NCBI GenBank assembly: GCA_963751275.1
Contig: CAVVTZ010000011.1
Coordinates: forward strand, 160,001 to 224,000
From: an uncultured Gemmatimonadaceae bacterium
GTDB taxonomy: Bacteria; Gemmatimonadota; Gemmatimonadetes; Gemmatimonadales; Gemmatimonadaceae
Length of the DNA stretch: 64,000 nucleotides
Direction: 5' to 3'
The notes under the pieces were generated by a model, which saw only the letters and a list, made by a program, of their open reading frames with translations, was not told the origin of the DNA and searched no databases. How positions within the stretch are numbered: position 1 is the stretch's first letter; each line of letters starts with the position of its first letter. Below are positions 34,340 to 45,481 of this stretch, in pieces. A program made the position numbers and the translations under genes.

Positions 34340-35202
34340 CGTGCGTTCTCCCACCGGTAGAAGCCCTGTCCCGATTTCTTGCCCAAGTGTCCCTCGCGAA
34401 CCTTCTGGCGGAGCAGTTCGGGCGCCGCGTACGTCGCGCCGCCGAGTGTGGCGTGCAGGTGATCGGCGATCGCGAGCCGCACGTCGAGTCCCACGAGATC
34501 CGTGAGACGGAGCGGCCCCAGCGGATGGTTGTAGCCCAGCTCCATCGCGCGGTCGATGTCCTCCGCGCTCGCCACGCCCTGCTCGAGCATCCGGATCGCC
34601 TCGAGGCCGAGCACGACGCCGAGCCGGCTCGTCGCGAAGCCCGGCGAGTCGCGCACCACGATCGGCGTCTTGCCCAGCAGTGCGGCAAGTGCGCGAGCGG
34701 ATTCGACCACGGCATCGCTCGTCTCCGGCCCGCGTACGATCTCGAGCAGCTGCATCACCGGCACCGGATTGAAGAAATGCAGGCCGAGCAGACGTTCACG
34801 GTGCTTGAGCGCCGCGCCGATCGCCGCGATCGAAAGCGAGCTGGTGTTGCTCGCGAGCATCGCCGTGTCCGACACGAGCGGTTCGATCTGCGCGAACAAC
34901 CCCTGTTTGAGCGCGAGCCGTTCGGGCACGGCCTCGATCACGATGTCGGCGCCGCGCACCGCCTCGGTGACCGACGCGACCGCGGCGAGGCTCGACATGC
35001 CGGTGTCGCGCTGCTCCACGGTCGCCTTGCCGCGCTCGATCGCCTTCGCAAAGGCCGCGTCGATCGCGGCAATGCCGCGCTGCAGCTGGCCGGCGTCGGC
35101 ATCGGTGAGCGACACGAAGCAGCCGGCGCGGGCGCACACATAGGCGATCCCGTGTCCCATCGTGCCGGCGCCGATCACGGCCACGCGCGGCGGGCCGGTC
35201 AT
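34336..35202 (-). CDS. 3-hydroxyacyl-CoA dehydrogenase
   Basis: GAGTMGHGIA, IEAVPE, ASNTSSLS, GLHFFNPVP, DSPGF, HPLGPL..TDLVGLDV. Confidence 0.93.
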   Translation of the reverse strand: MTGPPRVAVIGAGTMGHGIAYVCARAGCFVSLTDADAGQLQRGIAAIDAAFAKAIERGKATVEQRDTGMSSLAAVASVTEAVRGADIVIEAVPERLALKQGLFAQIEPLVSDTAMLASNTSSLSIAAIGAALKHRERLLGLHFFNPVPVMQLLEIVRGPETSDAVVESARALAALLGKTPIVVRDSPGFATSRLGVVLGLEAIRMLEQGVASAEDIDRAMELGYNHPLGPLRLTDLVGLDVRLAIADHLHATLGGATYAAPELLRQKVREGHLGKKSGQGFYRWENAR

Positions 35203-35913
35203 CCGCCCAGCGCTTCGCGCAGATCCAGGAGGGTGTCGGTGCAGAGCGCGTCCACGCCGAGCGCCGCGAGCGATTGCGCCCGTTCCGGCTTGTTCACCGT
35301 CCACGCGAGCACGCGGCCGCCGGCGCCGTGCACCGCGCCCACGAGCGCCGCGTCGATCAGGTCCTCCCGCGGCCACACGTCGCGCGCATCGGCGTGCCGC
35401 ATCGCGGCCACGACGTCGCCGGGCGCCGTGTCGAACAGGATGCCGCCGCGCACGCTCGGCGCCACCGACCGGCAGCGGCGGATCGCCTCGTGATCGAAGC
35501 TGTGCACCGCGCAGCGGGCCGGGGCGGGGGAGTCGTGGATCACGTCCAGCACCGGCCCTTCGATGCCGGCCGCCTTCAGCTCGACGAAGACATCGAGCCG
35601 GCCGCGGAGCGCGGCGAGCACTTCGGCCAAGGTAGGGATGAGCGCTTTCCCGTCCACGGAGAAGCCCTGCAGCTCATCGAACGTCAGCGCATCGATGCGC
35701 TTGCCCGCGAGCGCCTTGCTGGGCGCCTTCGCCTTGGGGATGTCGTCGTGATGCACGACCACCACGCCGTTCTTCGTGCAGTGCACATCGAGCTCGAATG
35801 CCGTCGGCGCCGAGTTCGAGGGCGCGCAGGAACGCCGGCAGGGTATTCTCCGGCCGCTCGCGGGAGATCCCGCGATGCGCGATCAGTCGGGGGCGCTCGA
35901 AGCTAGTCGTCAC
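35199..35913 (-). CDS. glycerophosphodiester phosphodiesterase family protein (frameshift near 35797)
   Basis: IAHRGISRERPENTLPAF, ELDVH, VVHHD, VELK, AWTVN, CTD. Confidence 0.88.
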
Positions 35914-37025
35914 TCTTCTTGGGCTGGATCCAGTCGTTCTCCTTGAAGATGTTGCGCAGGAGTTCGCGGTCTTCGCTAGTGGGGAGCACCGAGGCAACGT
36001 AGGCCTCGTACTTCGACGCCTCGATCGGCTCGCCGTGTACGTCGAAGTGCATCTTCTTGTACTCGCCGATGCGCCGGTTGAACTTCACGCTCGGGATCAT
36101 GAGCTTCTGCTGATCCTCGCCCACGTAGGTGTTCAGCCGGTCGATCAGCCCCTGGACCTCCTGGCGGTACAGCTCGCGCGACGCCTCGTTGAGCCGCGCC
36201 GCGTCGCGCCGGCTGCGGATTCGTCCGCTCGTCGAAGCGGCCCTTGAGCCCCCACTCGTACGCCCACTGCGCCGAGCTCGAGCGGTCGGTGCCGAACAGA
36301 TCGAACGCCGTCGGACACCCACTTGTTGAAGATAGCGCTGCATCACCGGCGTCGGGATCTTGCCGGCCTTCGATGATCCGCAGCAGGCCGTTGTTCCCGG
36401 TGCCCAGGTGGAACGACTCCTCCTTGAGCATGGGCTCCATCGAGCGCGCCAGCGGTGCGAACGCCGAGGTGGACATCATCTTGCAGCTGGAACTTGCCGT
36501 CGCGGTCGATGAACTCGGTGTACGTGAAGAAGTCGAGCCAGTTCTCGACCGCGCTCGTTGAACGAGCCGAGCAGGCGCTCGTGCTCGTCGGCGCGCCGCG
36601 CGAGCAGCTTCTCGCGCCTCGCGCTTCCCCTCGTCGCCGAAGTGCGTCACGAGCAGGTAGGACATCTGCCAGCCGTGGCGCATCTCCTCCGCCATCACCC
36701 GGTAGATGGACATCAGGTCGTAGTCGCACGGCGCGTTCTGCAGCAGCGCGCGCTGCTGCTCGACCGACGCGAATTCCGTGTCGCCCTGGAAGACGATGAG
36801 GTTCTGGAGCGCGTCGCGGATGCGCTGGTCGGGGATGTGCATCACCGTCTTCCACTTCGCGCCGCCGGCGTAGTGCCCGAACTCGATCTCCGGCACGTCG
36901 AGGTCGCCGAACTTCACCTCGAACTTGTAGTCCTTCAGTTCGGAGGCATCGACGCCGATGTCGTTCTGCCAGACCTGGAACAGGTCGATCCAGTCGTCGA
37001 AGTTCGTGATCTTCGTGAGTGCCAT
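35903..37025 (-). CDS. diiron aryl-CoA epoxidase, BoxB-like (PaaA/BoxB family), short form; several frameshifts
   Basis: QGDTEFASVEQQ, EEMRHGW, NWLDFFTYTEFIDRDGKFQL, PLARSMEPMLKEESFHL, DLFG, GLKGRFDE match BoxB motifs as recalled. Confidence 0.8.
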
Positions 37026-37035
37026 GATGGCTCCG

Positions 37036-37829
37036 TCAGGTGGCGGTGGAGAACGTCGGTGCGCGCTTCTCGGTGAACGCGGCGATCCCTTCCGCGCGTC
37101 GCCGCTCTGGAAGCAGCGCGATCTGCGCGTCCAGTTCGTAGTCGAGCATCTCGGGCAGCGTCTTGCGTGAGCGAGTCGTACACGGCGCGCTTCGCCATCG
37201 CGATGGAAAGCGCGGGCTTCGCGGCGAGCGTGCGCGCGAGCGCCGTCGTCTCGGCGGCCAGCGCTTCGGGCGCGCACCACGCGGTTGAACAGCCCGAGCC
37301 GCAGGCACTCGTCGGCGTCGATCACGTCGGCGAGCCAGAAGAGTTCGAGCGCCTTGGCCGGCCCCACGAGGCGGGGCAGGAAGTACGTGCCGCCCCAGTC
37401 GGGGTGCAGGCCGATGCGATTGAACGTCTGGCCGAGTTTGGCATCGCGGCTCGCGATGCGCAGATCGCAGGCGAGGGCGAGGTTCGCGCCGCCGCCCGCG
37501 GCCACGCCGTTGACGGAGGCGATCACGGGCTTGGTGGATTCGCGGATCACCGTGACGACGCGCCGGCCGGCCTCGATCAGCGGCCGTCATCGCCGGCACA
37601 TTCTCGGTCGCGACCAGCTCGCCCATGTAGCCGACGTCGGCGCCGGCGCAGAAGCCGCGTCCCGCGCCCGTGATGACGATGACGCGCACGGCTTTGTCGG
37701 CCTCGAGCTCCTCGAGCGCGTCGCCCAGCTCGCGCCGCATCTCGCCCGCGAAGGCGTTGAGCTTGTCCGGGCGGTTGAGCGTGAGCGTGCCGACGCCGCC
37801 CTCGCGCGCGAGCAGGATGTTCTCGTACT

Positions 37830-37833
<4 letters not shown>
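37036..37833 (-). CDS. enoyl-CoA hydratase/isomerase (PaaG-like); frameshifts
   Basis: [44 protein letters not shown] (single-Asp isomerase type). Confidence 0.85.
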
Positions 37834-39045
<1,212 letters not shown>

Positions 39046-39049
<4 letters not shown>

Positions 39050-40537
39050 GACAGGTCCACCCACACCGACTTGATCTGCGTGTAGCCGTCGATCGCGTAC
39101 ATGCCGAGCTCGCGGCCGAAGCCGCTCTGCTTGTAGCCGCCGAACGGCGACGCCGCGTCGTACATGTTGTACGTGTTCACCCACACGGTGCCGGCCTCGC
39201 ACGGCGCGCGCGATGCGCAGCGCCTTGCTCGATGTCGCGCGTCCAGATCCCCGCGGCGAGCCCGTAGATCGTCTCGTTCGCGAGCGCCACCGCGCCGTCG
39301 AAGCCGCTCGTCGAAGGTCGATCATCGCGAGCACGGGGCCGAAGATCTCCTCCCGCGCGATCGTCATCTTCGGCGTCACGCCGTCGAAGATGGTCGCCTC
39401 CACGAAGTAGCCCTTGCCGTTCACCGGCGTGCGCTCGCCGCCCGCGAGCGAGCTGTCGCGCCCTCGTCGCTGCCCCTTCTCGATGTAGCCGAGCACGCTC
39501 TCCATGCTGCGTCTTGGAGACGATCGCGCCGAGCCGCGTCTTGGGATCGATCGGATCGCCCGGCGACCATCTTCTTCGCGCGCTCGAGCGATCTTGGCCA
39601 TCAGCTCGTCGTGGATCGTGTCCTCCACGAGCAGCCGCGAGCCCGCCGCGCAGACCTCGCCCTTGCCGTAGAAGATCGCCGTTGAGCGCGCCGCGCGCCG
39701 CGGCATCGAGGTCCGCGTCGGCGAACACGATGTTCGGCGACTTGCCGCCGAGCTCGAGCGACAGCTTCTTCACCGTTGCCGCGGCCTCGCGCATGATCCA
39801 TCTTGCCCGATCTCGGTGCTCGCCGGTGAAGGCGATCTTGTCCACCTCCGGGTGCCGCACGAGCGCCATGCCCGGCTGTCTTCGCCCTGGCCGGGCACGA
39901 CGTTGAACGCGCCCGGCGGGGAGCCCCGCCTCCAGCGCCAGCTCCGCCATGCGGATCGCCGTGAACGGCGTCTGCGTCGCCGGCTTCAGCACCACGGTGT
40001 TCCCGCACGCGAGCGCCGGCGCGATCTTCCACGCCGCGAGCGACAGCGGGAAGTTCCACGGCGTGATCGCGCCGATCACGCCGAGCGGCTCGCGCAGCGT
40101 GTAGTTGAAGTAGTTCCCGTCCACCGGGATCGTCTCGCCCGTGGATCTTGTCCGCCCAGCCGCCATAGTACTTGAACGTCTCGGCGGTGAGCTTCACGTC
40201 GATGTGCGACTCGAAGAGCGGCTTGCCGTTGTTCTGCGTCTCGAGGCGCGCGAGTTCATCGGCGTGCGCCGTGATCAGCTCGCCCAGCTTGTACACCATC
40301 GCGCCCGCGCTGCCGCGCGCTGATCTTGCGCCACGCCTCGCTCTCGAACGTCGCGCGCGCGTTGGACACCGCGCGCTCCACGTCCGACGCGTCGGCCTCC
40401 GCCACCTTGGCGATGATCTCCTCGGTGGCCGGATTCTCCACGTCGAACGTGCGGCCGCCGGCGGCGTCCACCCGCTCGCCGCCGATCACCAGCTGCGTCG
40501 GGTACCGCTCCGCCGCGGCGGTCACCGTCGCGCTCAC
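39046..40537 (-). CDS. aldehyde dehydrogenase (BoxD-like by context); many frameshifts
   Basis: [48 protein letters not shown]. Confidence 0.9.
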
Positions 40538-41353
40538 TTCCCCTTGAAGTTCGGCTGCCGCTTCTCGACGTACGCGGCCGATCCCTTCCTTCGCATCGCC
40601 GCTCTGGAAGAGCAGCTCTGCAGCTCGCGCTCGATGGCGAGTGCCGTACTCGAGCGGCACTTCGCCGCCGCTCTGCACCGCGCGCTTGATGTGGCCGACC
40701 GCCATCGCCGCCTTGTCCGGCGGCGTGAACTGCTTCGCGTACAGCATCACGCTGCTCCCAGAACTCGTCCGTTGCGGTCGCACACCTCGTTCACGAGCCC
40801 GATCGTCCTGCGCTTCCTCGAAGCTGAACGTGCGGCCGGTGACCATGAGCTCGATCGCCTTCGACTTGCCCACGATGCGCGAGCAGCCGCTGCGTGCCGC
40901 CGGTGCCGGGGAGCACGCCGAGGTTCACCTCGGGGAGTCCGATCTTGCCCGCGTCCTGGCGCGCGAGGCGGATGTCCGCGGCCATGGCGATCTCGAGTCC
41001 GCCGCCCACGCAGTGGCCGTTCAGCGCCGCGATCACGAGCTTCGGCGTCTGCTCCAGCCGGCTCAGCGTCTCGTTCGCGTGCAGGCAGAAGTAGTACTTG
41101 AACACCGGGTCCACGGTGTTCAGCATGTTGATGTTCGCGCCGGCCGAGAAGAACTTCTCGCCCGCGCCGCGCAGGATGATCACGTGCACGTCGTTGTCGA
41201 AGCGCGCCTTGAGGATGCCTCGTCGAGCTGGCGCATCATCTCGTGCGTGTAGGTGTTCGCCGGCGGATCGTTCAGCTCGAACACCGCGATATTGCCTTCC
41301 TTCCGGTAGGTCACCAGCGTCGCGGCGGCTTTCTCATTCATCGTGGCGGTCAT
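40534..41353 (-). CDS. crotonase resembling the N-terminal domain of BoxC; frameshifts
   Basis: PANTY, ARFDNDV, FFSAGANINML, FKYYFCLHANETL, CVGGGLEIAMAAD, LPEVNLGVLPGTGGTQRL. Confidence 0.8.
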
Positions 41354-41403
41354 AGGTGTTCCTGGTAAAGAGTTGGACGGTAGTCGTTAGCCGTTGCTTC
41401 CGA

Positions 41404-41491
41404 CATCATGTTCATCATGTCAATCCTGTCAAAGCAGTTTCTCGTAGCGAGTGGGAAGAGCATCTGACAGGATGAACATGATTGACATGAT
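41404..41491. repeat. 9-bp-periodic palindromic element, copy B (arms in swapped order)
   Basis: CATCATGTTCATCATGTCAATCCTGTCAAAGCAG ... GCATCTGACAGGATGAACATGATTGACATGAT. Confidence 0.85.
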
Positions 41492-41499
41492 TGAGCCAC

Positions 41500-42123
41500 T
41501 CAGCCGGCGGATGTGCGCGGAAGCGACGCGATCGCGACCGGGAGCCCCACATAGCCGCCGAGGAAGATCCGGCCCACGTTCTGCGCGAGCAGCTCCACGC
41601 CGAGATCGCCGTTCGGGTCGTACCAGTTGTAGATCCAGTTCATCATGCCGAACAGCGAGTACGCGGCCACGCGCCGGTTGGCGTGCGCGGGGCCATGTGT
41701 TTCCTCGATGCCCGCGAGAATGTCCATCAGAGCGCGGGTGTACTCGCTCTTCATTTCGTTCACGGTATGCAGGGGGGCTCCGGTGAGGGCGCCGGCCTCG
41801 TGCGACAACACCTTCATCTCCGCCATGTGGGTGGCGAAGTAATCCAGGTGGTTGTCGATGAATTTCATGAGGCGGTCCACCGGATCGGTGGTCCCGGCGA
41901 GGCTCTCGCGCATTCCGGCGATCACCCGCTCGAAATTGCGCTGCTGGATCAGGAAGAGCAGCTCCTCCTTGCTCTCCACATAATAGTAGAGGCCCGCCAG
42001 TGACACTCCCGACGCCCGCGCCAGGTCGCGCATGCTCGTCTGATGGTAGCCGCGCTCCGCGAAGACCCGCGCGGCCGCGGAAAGCAGGGCATCCAGCTTC
42101 TGGTCCTTGGTCGCGATCGCCAA
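41500..42123 (-). CDS. TetR/AcrR family regulator (PaaR/KstR2-like)
   Basis: AARVFAERGYHQTSMRDLARASGVSLAGLYYY..SKEELL; FGMMNWIYNWYDP; TTG start with GGAGG upstream. Confidence 0.9.
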   Translation of the reverse strand: MAIATKDQKLDALLSAAARVFAERGYHQTSMRDLARASGVSLAGLYYYVESKEELLFLIQQRNFERVIAGMRESLAGTTDPVDRLMKFIDNHLDYFATHMAEMKVLSHEAGALTGAPLHTVNEMKSEYTRALMDILAGIEETHGPAHANRRVAAYSLFGMMNWIYNWYDPNGDLGVELLAQNVGRIFLGGYVGLPVAIASLPRTSAG

Positions 42124-42141
42124 TAGGCCTCCCCCGGGCTT

Positions 42142-42189
42142 CGAACGAACGTTCGGACTCAACCTACGGGGCGGGGGAATGACCGTCAA
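42142..42189 (-). promoter_or_regulatory. sigma70 promoter of the TetR gene with an adjacent palindromic operator
   Basis: Minus strand: TTGACG (42189-42184), 17 bp, TAGGTT (42166-42161); CGAACGAACGTTCG at 42142-42155. Confidence 0.7.
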
Positions 42190-42237
42190 GATTGACCTTA
42201 ACGTTCTGCCCGGCCTGGCGTCTCATACCGTGACGGA

Positions 42238-42789
42238 ATGACTCAGCCCACCCGATCGCCGGACGATCCGGACGACAGCGTGCTCATCAGGCGCTGGCAG
42301 GCCGGGGACGAACGGGCCGCAACGCTGCTGGTGGAGCGCCATGCGCCGTCGGTCTCGCGCTATGTCGCGAGCATCGGCGTGCGGGAGGATGTGGAGGATG
42401 TCGTGCAGGATACGTTCGTCCGGGCGTTCGGGAGCCTGGAGAGTTTTCGAGGGGACAGCGCGCTGCGAACATGGCTGTGCACGATCGCGCGGAACCTCGT
42501 GAGGGATCGAGTTCGCAGTCTCAAGTTCGAACGGAAGATGGTAGAGATCGAAGAGCAGCACGCGGTGACCGAGCACGATGCATTGGACGACTCGGTGGCC
42601 GACGAAACGGAGGGACGCATGATGGAAGCCGTGGGGAAGCTCACTCCCATGCAGCGCGAGGTGTTCACCTTGCGCGTGGCCGAGGGGATGTCCTACAAGG
42701 ACATCGCGAAGGTGGTGGGGAGCAGCGAGGGCGCGGCCCGGGTCCATTACCACAACGCGATGCGCGCGATCAAGGAGTTGCTCACATGA
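42238..42789 (+). CDS. ECF RNA polymerase sigma factor
   Basis: EDVVQDTFVRAF, FRGDSALRTWL, REVFTLR..EGMSYKDIA. Confidence 0.93.
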   Translation: MTQPTRSPDDPDDSVLIRRWQAGDERAATLLVERHAPSVSRYVASIGVREDVEDVVQDTFVRAFGSLESFRGDSALRTWLCTIARNLVRDRVRSLKFERKMVEIEEQHAVTEHDALDDSVADETEGRMMEAVGKLTPMQREVFTLRVAEGMSYKDIAKVVGSSEGAARVHYHNAMRAIKELLT

Positions 42790-43400
42790 CCGACTGCCAG
42801 CAGAACGAGATCCGCGACCGGCTGCCCGAGTACGTGCATGGCACGCTCGGCGCGGCGGAGCGCGCGCGCGTGGAGGCGCACCTCGCGGGATGCGCGGCGT
42901 GCCGCGGCGAGGCGGCGTTGCTGCGCTCGATGAGCGCGGCGATGGCGCGGAGCGCGCCGGCGGTGGATGTGAAGCGCATCGTGACCGCGGCCAAGGCGGC
43001 GCGCGCGGTGCCGAAGACGCGGCCCGAGCTGGCGCAGATGCGCCGGCCGGTGCCGCAGGTCGTGTGGCGTGCGGCGGCGGCGGTGTTGTTCATGGTGGTG
43101 GGCGCGGCGGGGTACTATTTCGGCCGCGCGAATCCCGTGGGGACGTCGCCCGTGCAGGTGGCGGCGAATCCGACCGTCCAACTCTCGCGGCCGATGCCGC
43201 AGGCGCCGGCGCCGGTTCCGGCCGTTGCGCCGGCTCCCGCCCCCGCGCACGTTCAGCCCGCACCGGTGGGACTGAGTTTCGGCGGCGGCGAGGAGTTGTC
43301 GCCGGCGCAGGCGAGCAAGTTGATCAGCGATCTGGAGAAGAGTGCGCCGGCGATCGATCCCGAACCGGCGGCGGTCATCGATATCGAGGGCACGCGATGA
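42786..43400 (+). CDS. zinc-finger (zf-HC2) anti-sigma factor with TM helix
   Basis: EAHLAGCAAC (HxxxCxxC), a TM segment, ATGA coupling to the sigma gene. Confidence 0.85.
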   Translation: MTDCQQNEIRDRLPEYVHGTLGAAERARVEAHLAGCAACRGEAALLRSMSAAMARSAPAVDVKRIVTAAKAARAVPKTRPELAQMRRPVPQVVWRAAAAVLFMVVGAAGYYFGRANPVGTSPVQVAANPTVQLSRPMPQAPAPVPAVAPAPAPAHVQPAPVGLSFGGGEELSPAQASKLISDLEKSAPAIDPEPAAVIDIEGTR

Positions 43401-43918
43401 TGCGAACTTGGCGGCAAGCGTTCACGCTCCTCGCACTCGGCGGCGCCCTCGTGGCGCCGCTTGGCGCGCAAGCGAGCGACTCCGGCGCGGCACCGGGAGC
43501 GGGGGCCTCGCAATTCCGGCAGCGGATGGCGCAGATGGTGAAGCGCCAGCTGGGGCTCACCGACTCGCAGCTGGTGCTGCTGGGCGCCGTGAACCAGAAG
43601 TACGAGCAGAAGCGCTTCCTGCTGCTGCAGCAGGAGCGCGAGCTGCGCATCACCATTCGAGCTGAAGTGCTGCGCGGCGACCAGGCGGATCAGAAGCTCA
43701 TCGCGAAGCTGCTCGACCAGATGATCGGCGTGCAGCAGCAGCGGCTCCAGATACTGCAGAGCGAGCAGAAGGATCTCTCGGCCTTCCTCACGCCATCGCA
43801 ACGCGCGCAGTACCTCGGCATCCAGGAGCAGGTGCGCAAACGGCTCGCGAACATGCAGGGGGAGGGAGGCCAGGGGCGCCGCCGCCAGCCGCCGCCCCAG
43901 GGGGCACCGCCGCAGTAA
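43397..43918 (+). CDS. periplasmic Spy/CpxP-like helical protein
   Basis: Signal peptide; LGLTDSQ and FLTPSQ (LTxxQ motifs); Gln-rich helices. Confidence 0.75.
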   Translation: MMRTWRQAFTLLALGGALVAPLGAQASDSGAAPGAGASQFRQRMAQMVKRQLGLTDSQLVLLGAVNQKYEQKRFLLLQQERELRITIRAEVLRGDQADQKLIAKLLDQMIGVQQQRLQILQSEQKDLSAFLTPSQRAQYLGIQEQVRKRLANMQGEGGQGRRRQPPPQGAPPQ

Positions 43919-43929
43919 CAACGAGAACA

Positions 43930-44057
43930 GCATTTGACAGGATGAACATGATGGACAGGATGACAGCGCTTGCACACAGCGCTCACTCGCGTGAAGCGAA
44001 GTGAGCGCTGTGTTCGTTTGCAGTCATCATGCCCATCATGTTCATCCTGTCAAATGC
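43930..44057. repeat. 9-bp-periodic palindromic element, copy C
   Basis: GCATTTGACAGGATGAACATGATGGACAGGATGAC, inner hairpin, GTCATCATGCCCATCATGTTCATCCTGTCAAATGC. Confidence 0.9.
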
Positions 44058-44120
44058 GGTTTCCCACTCACGCTCCCCACTCGCGCGCGATGCGAGTTGT
44101 GACTCGGCATCCGATGCCAC

Positions 44121-45248
44121 ATGTTCACCGTCGCCATGCCGAGCCCGCCGAAGACGGAAAGACTGGTCGCCGCCGGCCTGCTGCTCGCGTCGCTGCTCGC
44201 GTTGCCTGGGGCGACACTCGCTCAAGAGGCGCGTGGCGTCGTCGTCTCTGCGCCCGCCGAGCTTCCGGTCGCGAGCGGGATCGTCGAGTTGCTCGACAGT
44301 GCCACGACCGTGGTCGCTCGAACGCTGTCCGGATCGGATGGGAGCTTCGCCGTCCTGGCGCCGCACGCCGGCGCATATCGCATCCGCGTACGCCGTGTCG
44401 GATTCCGGAGCACCGTGAGCGCGCCGTACGCGATCGGCGCGGGAGAAGTGATTCAGATCCGCCTTCAGGTGGCTGAACTTCCGATCGAGCTGGCTCCCGT
44501 CGTGGTCCTGGGGCAGCTCGAATGCAAGGCGGATCAGGGCGCATCGTCCGAGACGGCCGTGGTGTGGGAGGAAGCCCGGAAGGCGCTCACGCTCACCGCG
44601 CTCGCGAAGACCCAACGGCGCCTGGCGGTCACGTCGCGGCGCTATGCGCGCGACGTCACGGTCAGGGGAATGCGGATCAGCAACGAGCAATCGATGGTGA
44701 CCACCGGCGACAGCAGCGCGCTCTTCCGCACGGCAACGGCCGCGGTGCTGGCGCGTGACGGCTACATCCAGCAGCGCGACAGTTCGACGGTCTATTTCGC
44801 GCCGGACGCCGACGTGCTCCTGGACGACGTGTTCGCATCAACTCACTGTTTCCAGCTGGTGCCGGGGCCTCGAGGCGACCCGGAGACGATCGGCCTCGCC
44901 TTCACCCCGGGCGCCAATGACACGCTCGCTGAGGTGCGTGGCGTCCTGTGGCTCGATCGACGCACGGCGGCGCTCCGTTCGCTGACCTTCGGCTATGCGA
45001 ATCCCCCGCCCGGTGTGCCGGATGACTCGCTGATCGGGGGCCGTATCGACTTCTCGAAATTGGAGTCGGGCTGGTGGGTGGTGAGGAGCTGGGAACTTCG
45101 GATCCCCCTCGAAGTGGACGGCCGGAAGAAGCTGGTGATCAGCGCCGGCAAGGCGAAATGGATCTCCGCGTACAAGGCGACGCGCTACCGGCAGGTTGGC
45201 GGGGATTTGCTGGAGGCGAAGGAGATGAATGGCGCCCCTGATCACTGA
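44121..45248 (+). CDS. secreted protein with carboxypeptidase-regulatory-like domain
   Basis: Signal peptide; DGSF..LAP.AGAYRIRVRRVGF; YFAPDADVLLD, HCF, GVLWLDR. Confidence 0.75.
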   Translation: MFTVAMPSPPKTERLVAAGLLLASLLALPGATLAQEARGVVVSAPAELPVASGIVELLDSATTVVARTLSGSDGSFAVLAPHAGAYRIRVRRVGFRSTVSAPYAIGAGEVIQIRLQVAELPIELAPVVVLGQLECKADQGASSETAVVWEEARKALTLTALAKTQRRLAVTSRRYARDVTVRGMRISNEQSMVTTGDSSALFRTATAAVLARDGYIQQRDSSTVYFAPDADVLLDDVFASTHCFQLVPGPRGDPETIGLAFTPGANDTLAEVRGVLWLDRRTAALRSLTFGYANPPPGVPDDSLIGGRIDFSKLESGWWVVRSWELRIPLEVDGRKKLVISAGKAKWISAYKATRYRQVGGDLLEAKEMNGAPDH

Positions 45249-45290
45249 GTGGTCCCGCAGCGCGCGCTGCCGCAGTGAGAGCAAAGCAAA

Positions 45291-45417
45291 GCTTTGACAG
45301 GATGAACATGATGGACGGGATGACTGCACTTGAACATGTCGCTCACTTCGCCTCGCGCGAATCAGCGACATGTTCAAGCGCAGTCATCCTGTCCATCATG
45401 TTCATCCTGTCAAATGC
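45291..45417. repeat. 9-bp-periodic palindromic element, copy D
   Basis: GCTTTGACAGGATGAACATGATGGACGGGATGAC, inner hairpin, GTCATCCTGTCCATCATGTTCATCCTGTCAAATGC. Confidence 0.9.
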
Positions 45418-45481
45418 AGTTCCCTACTCACCATCCACGCCCGTTGAGCTACGTCGCCACGCGTCGTAGATTGCCCACCAC

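Noticed and set aside
43930..45417. CRISPR array or integron attC interpretation of the repeats
   Set aside because: No regular repeat-spacer series, no cas or intI gene, and the ends do not show RYYYAAC/GTTRRRY cores
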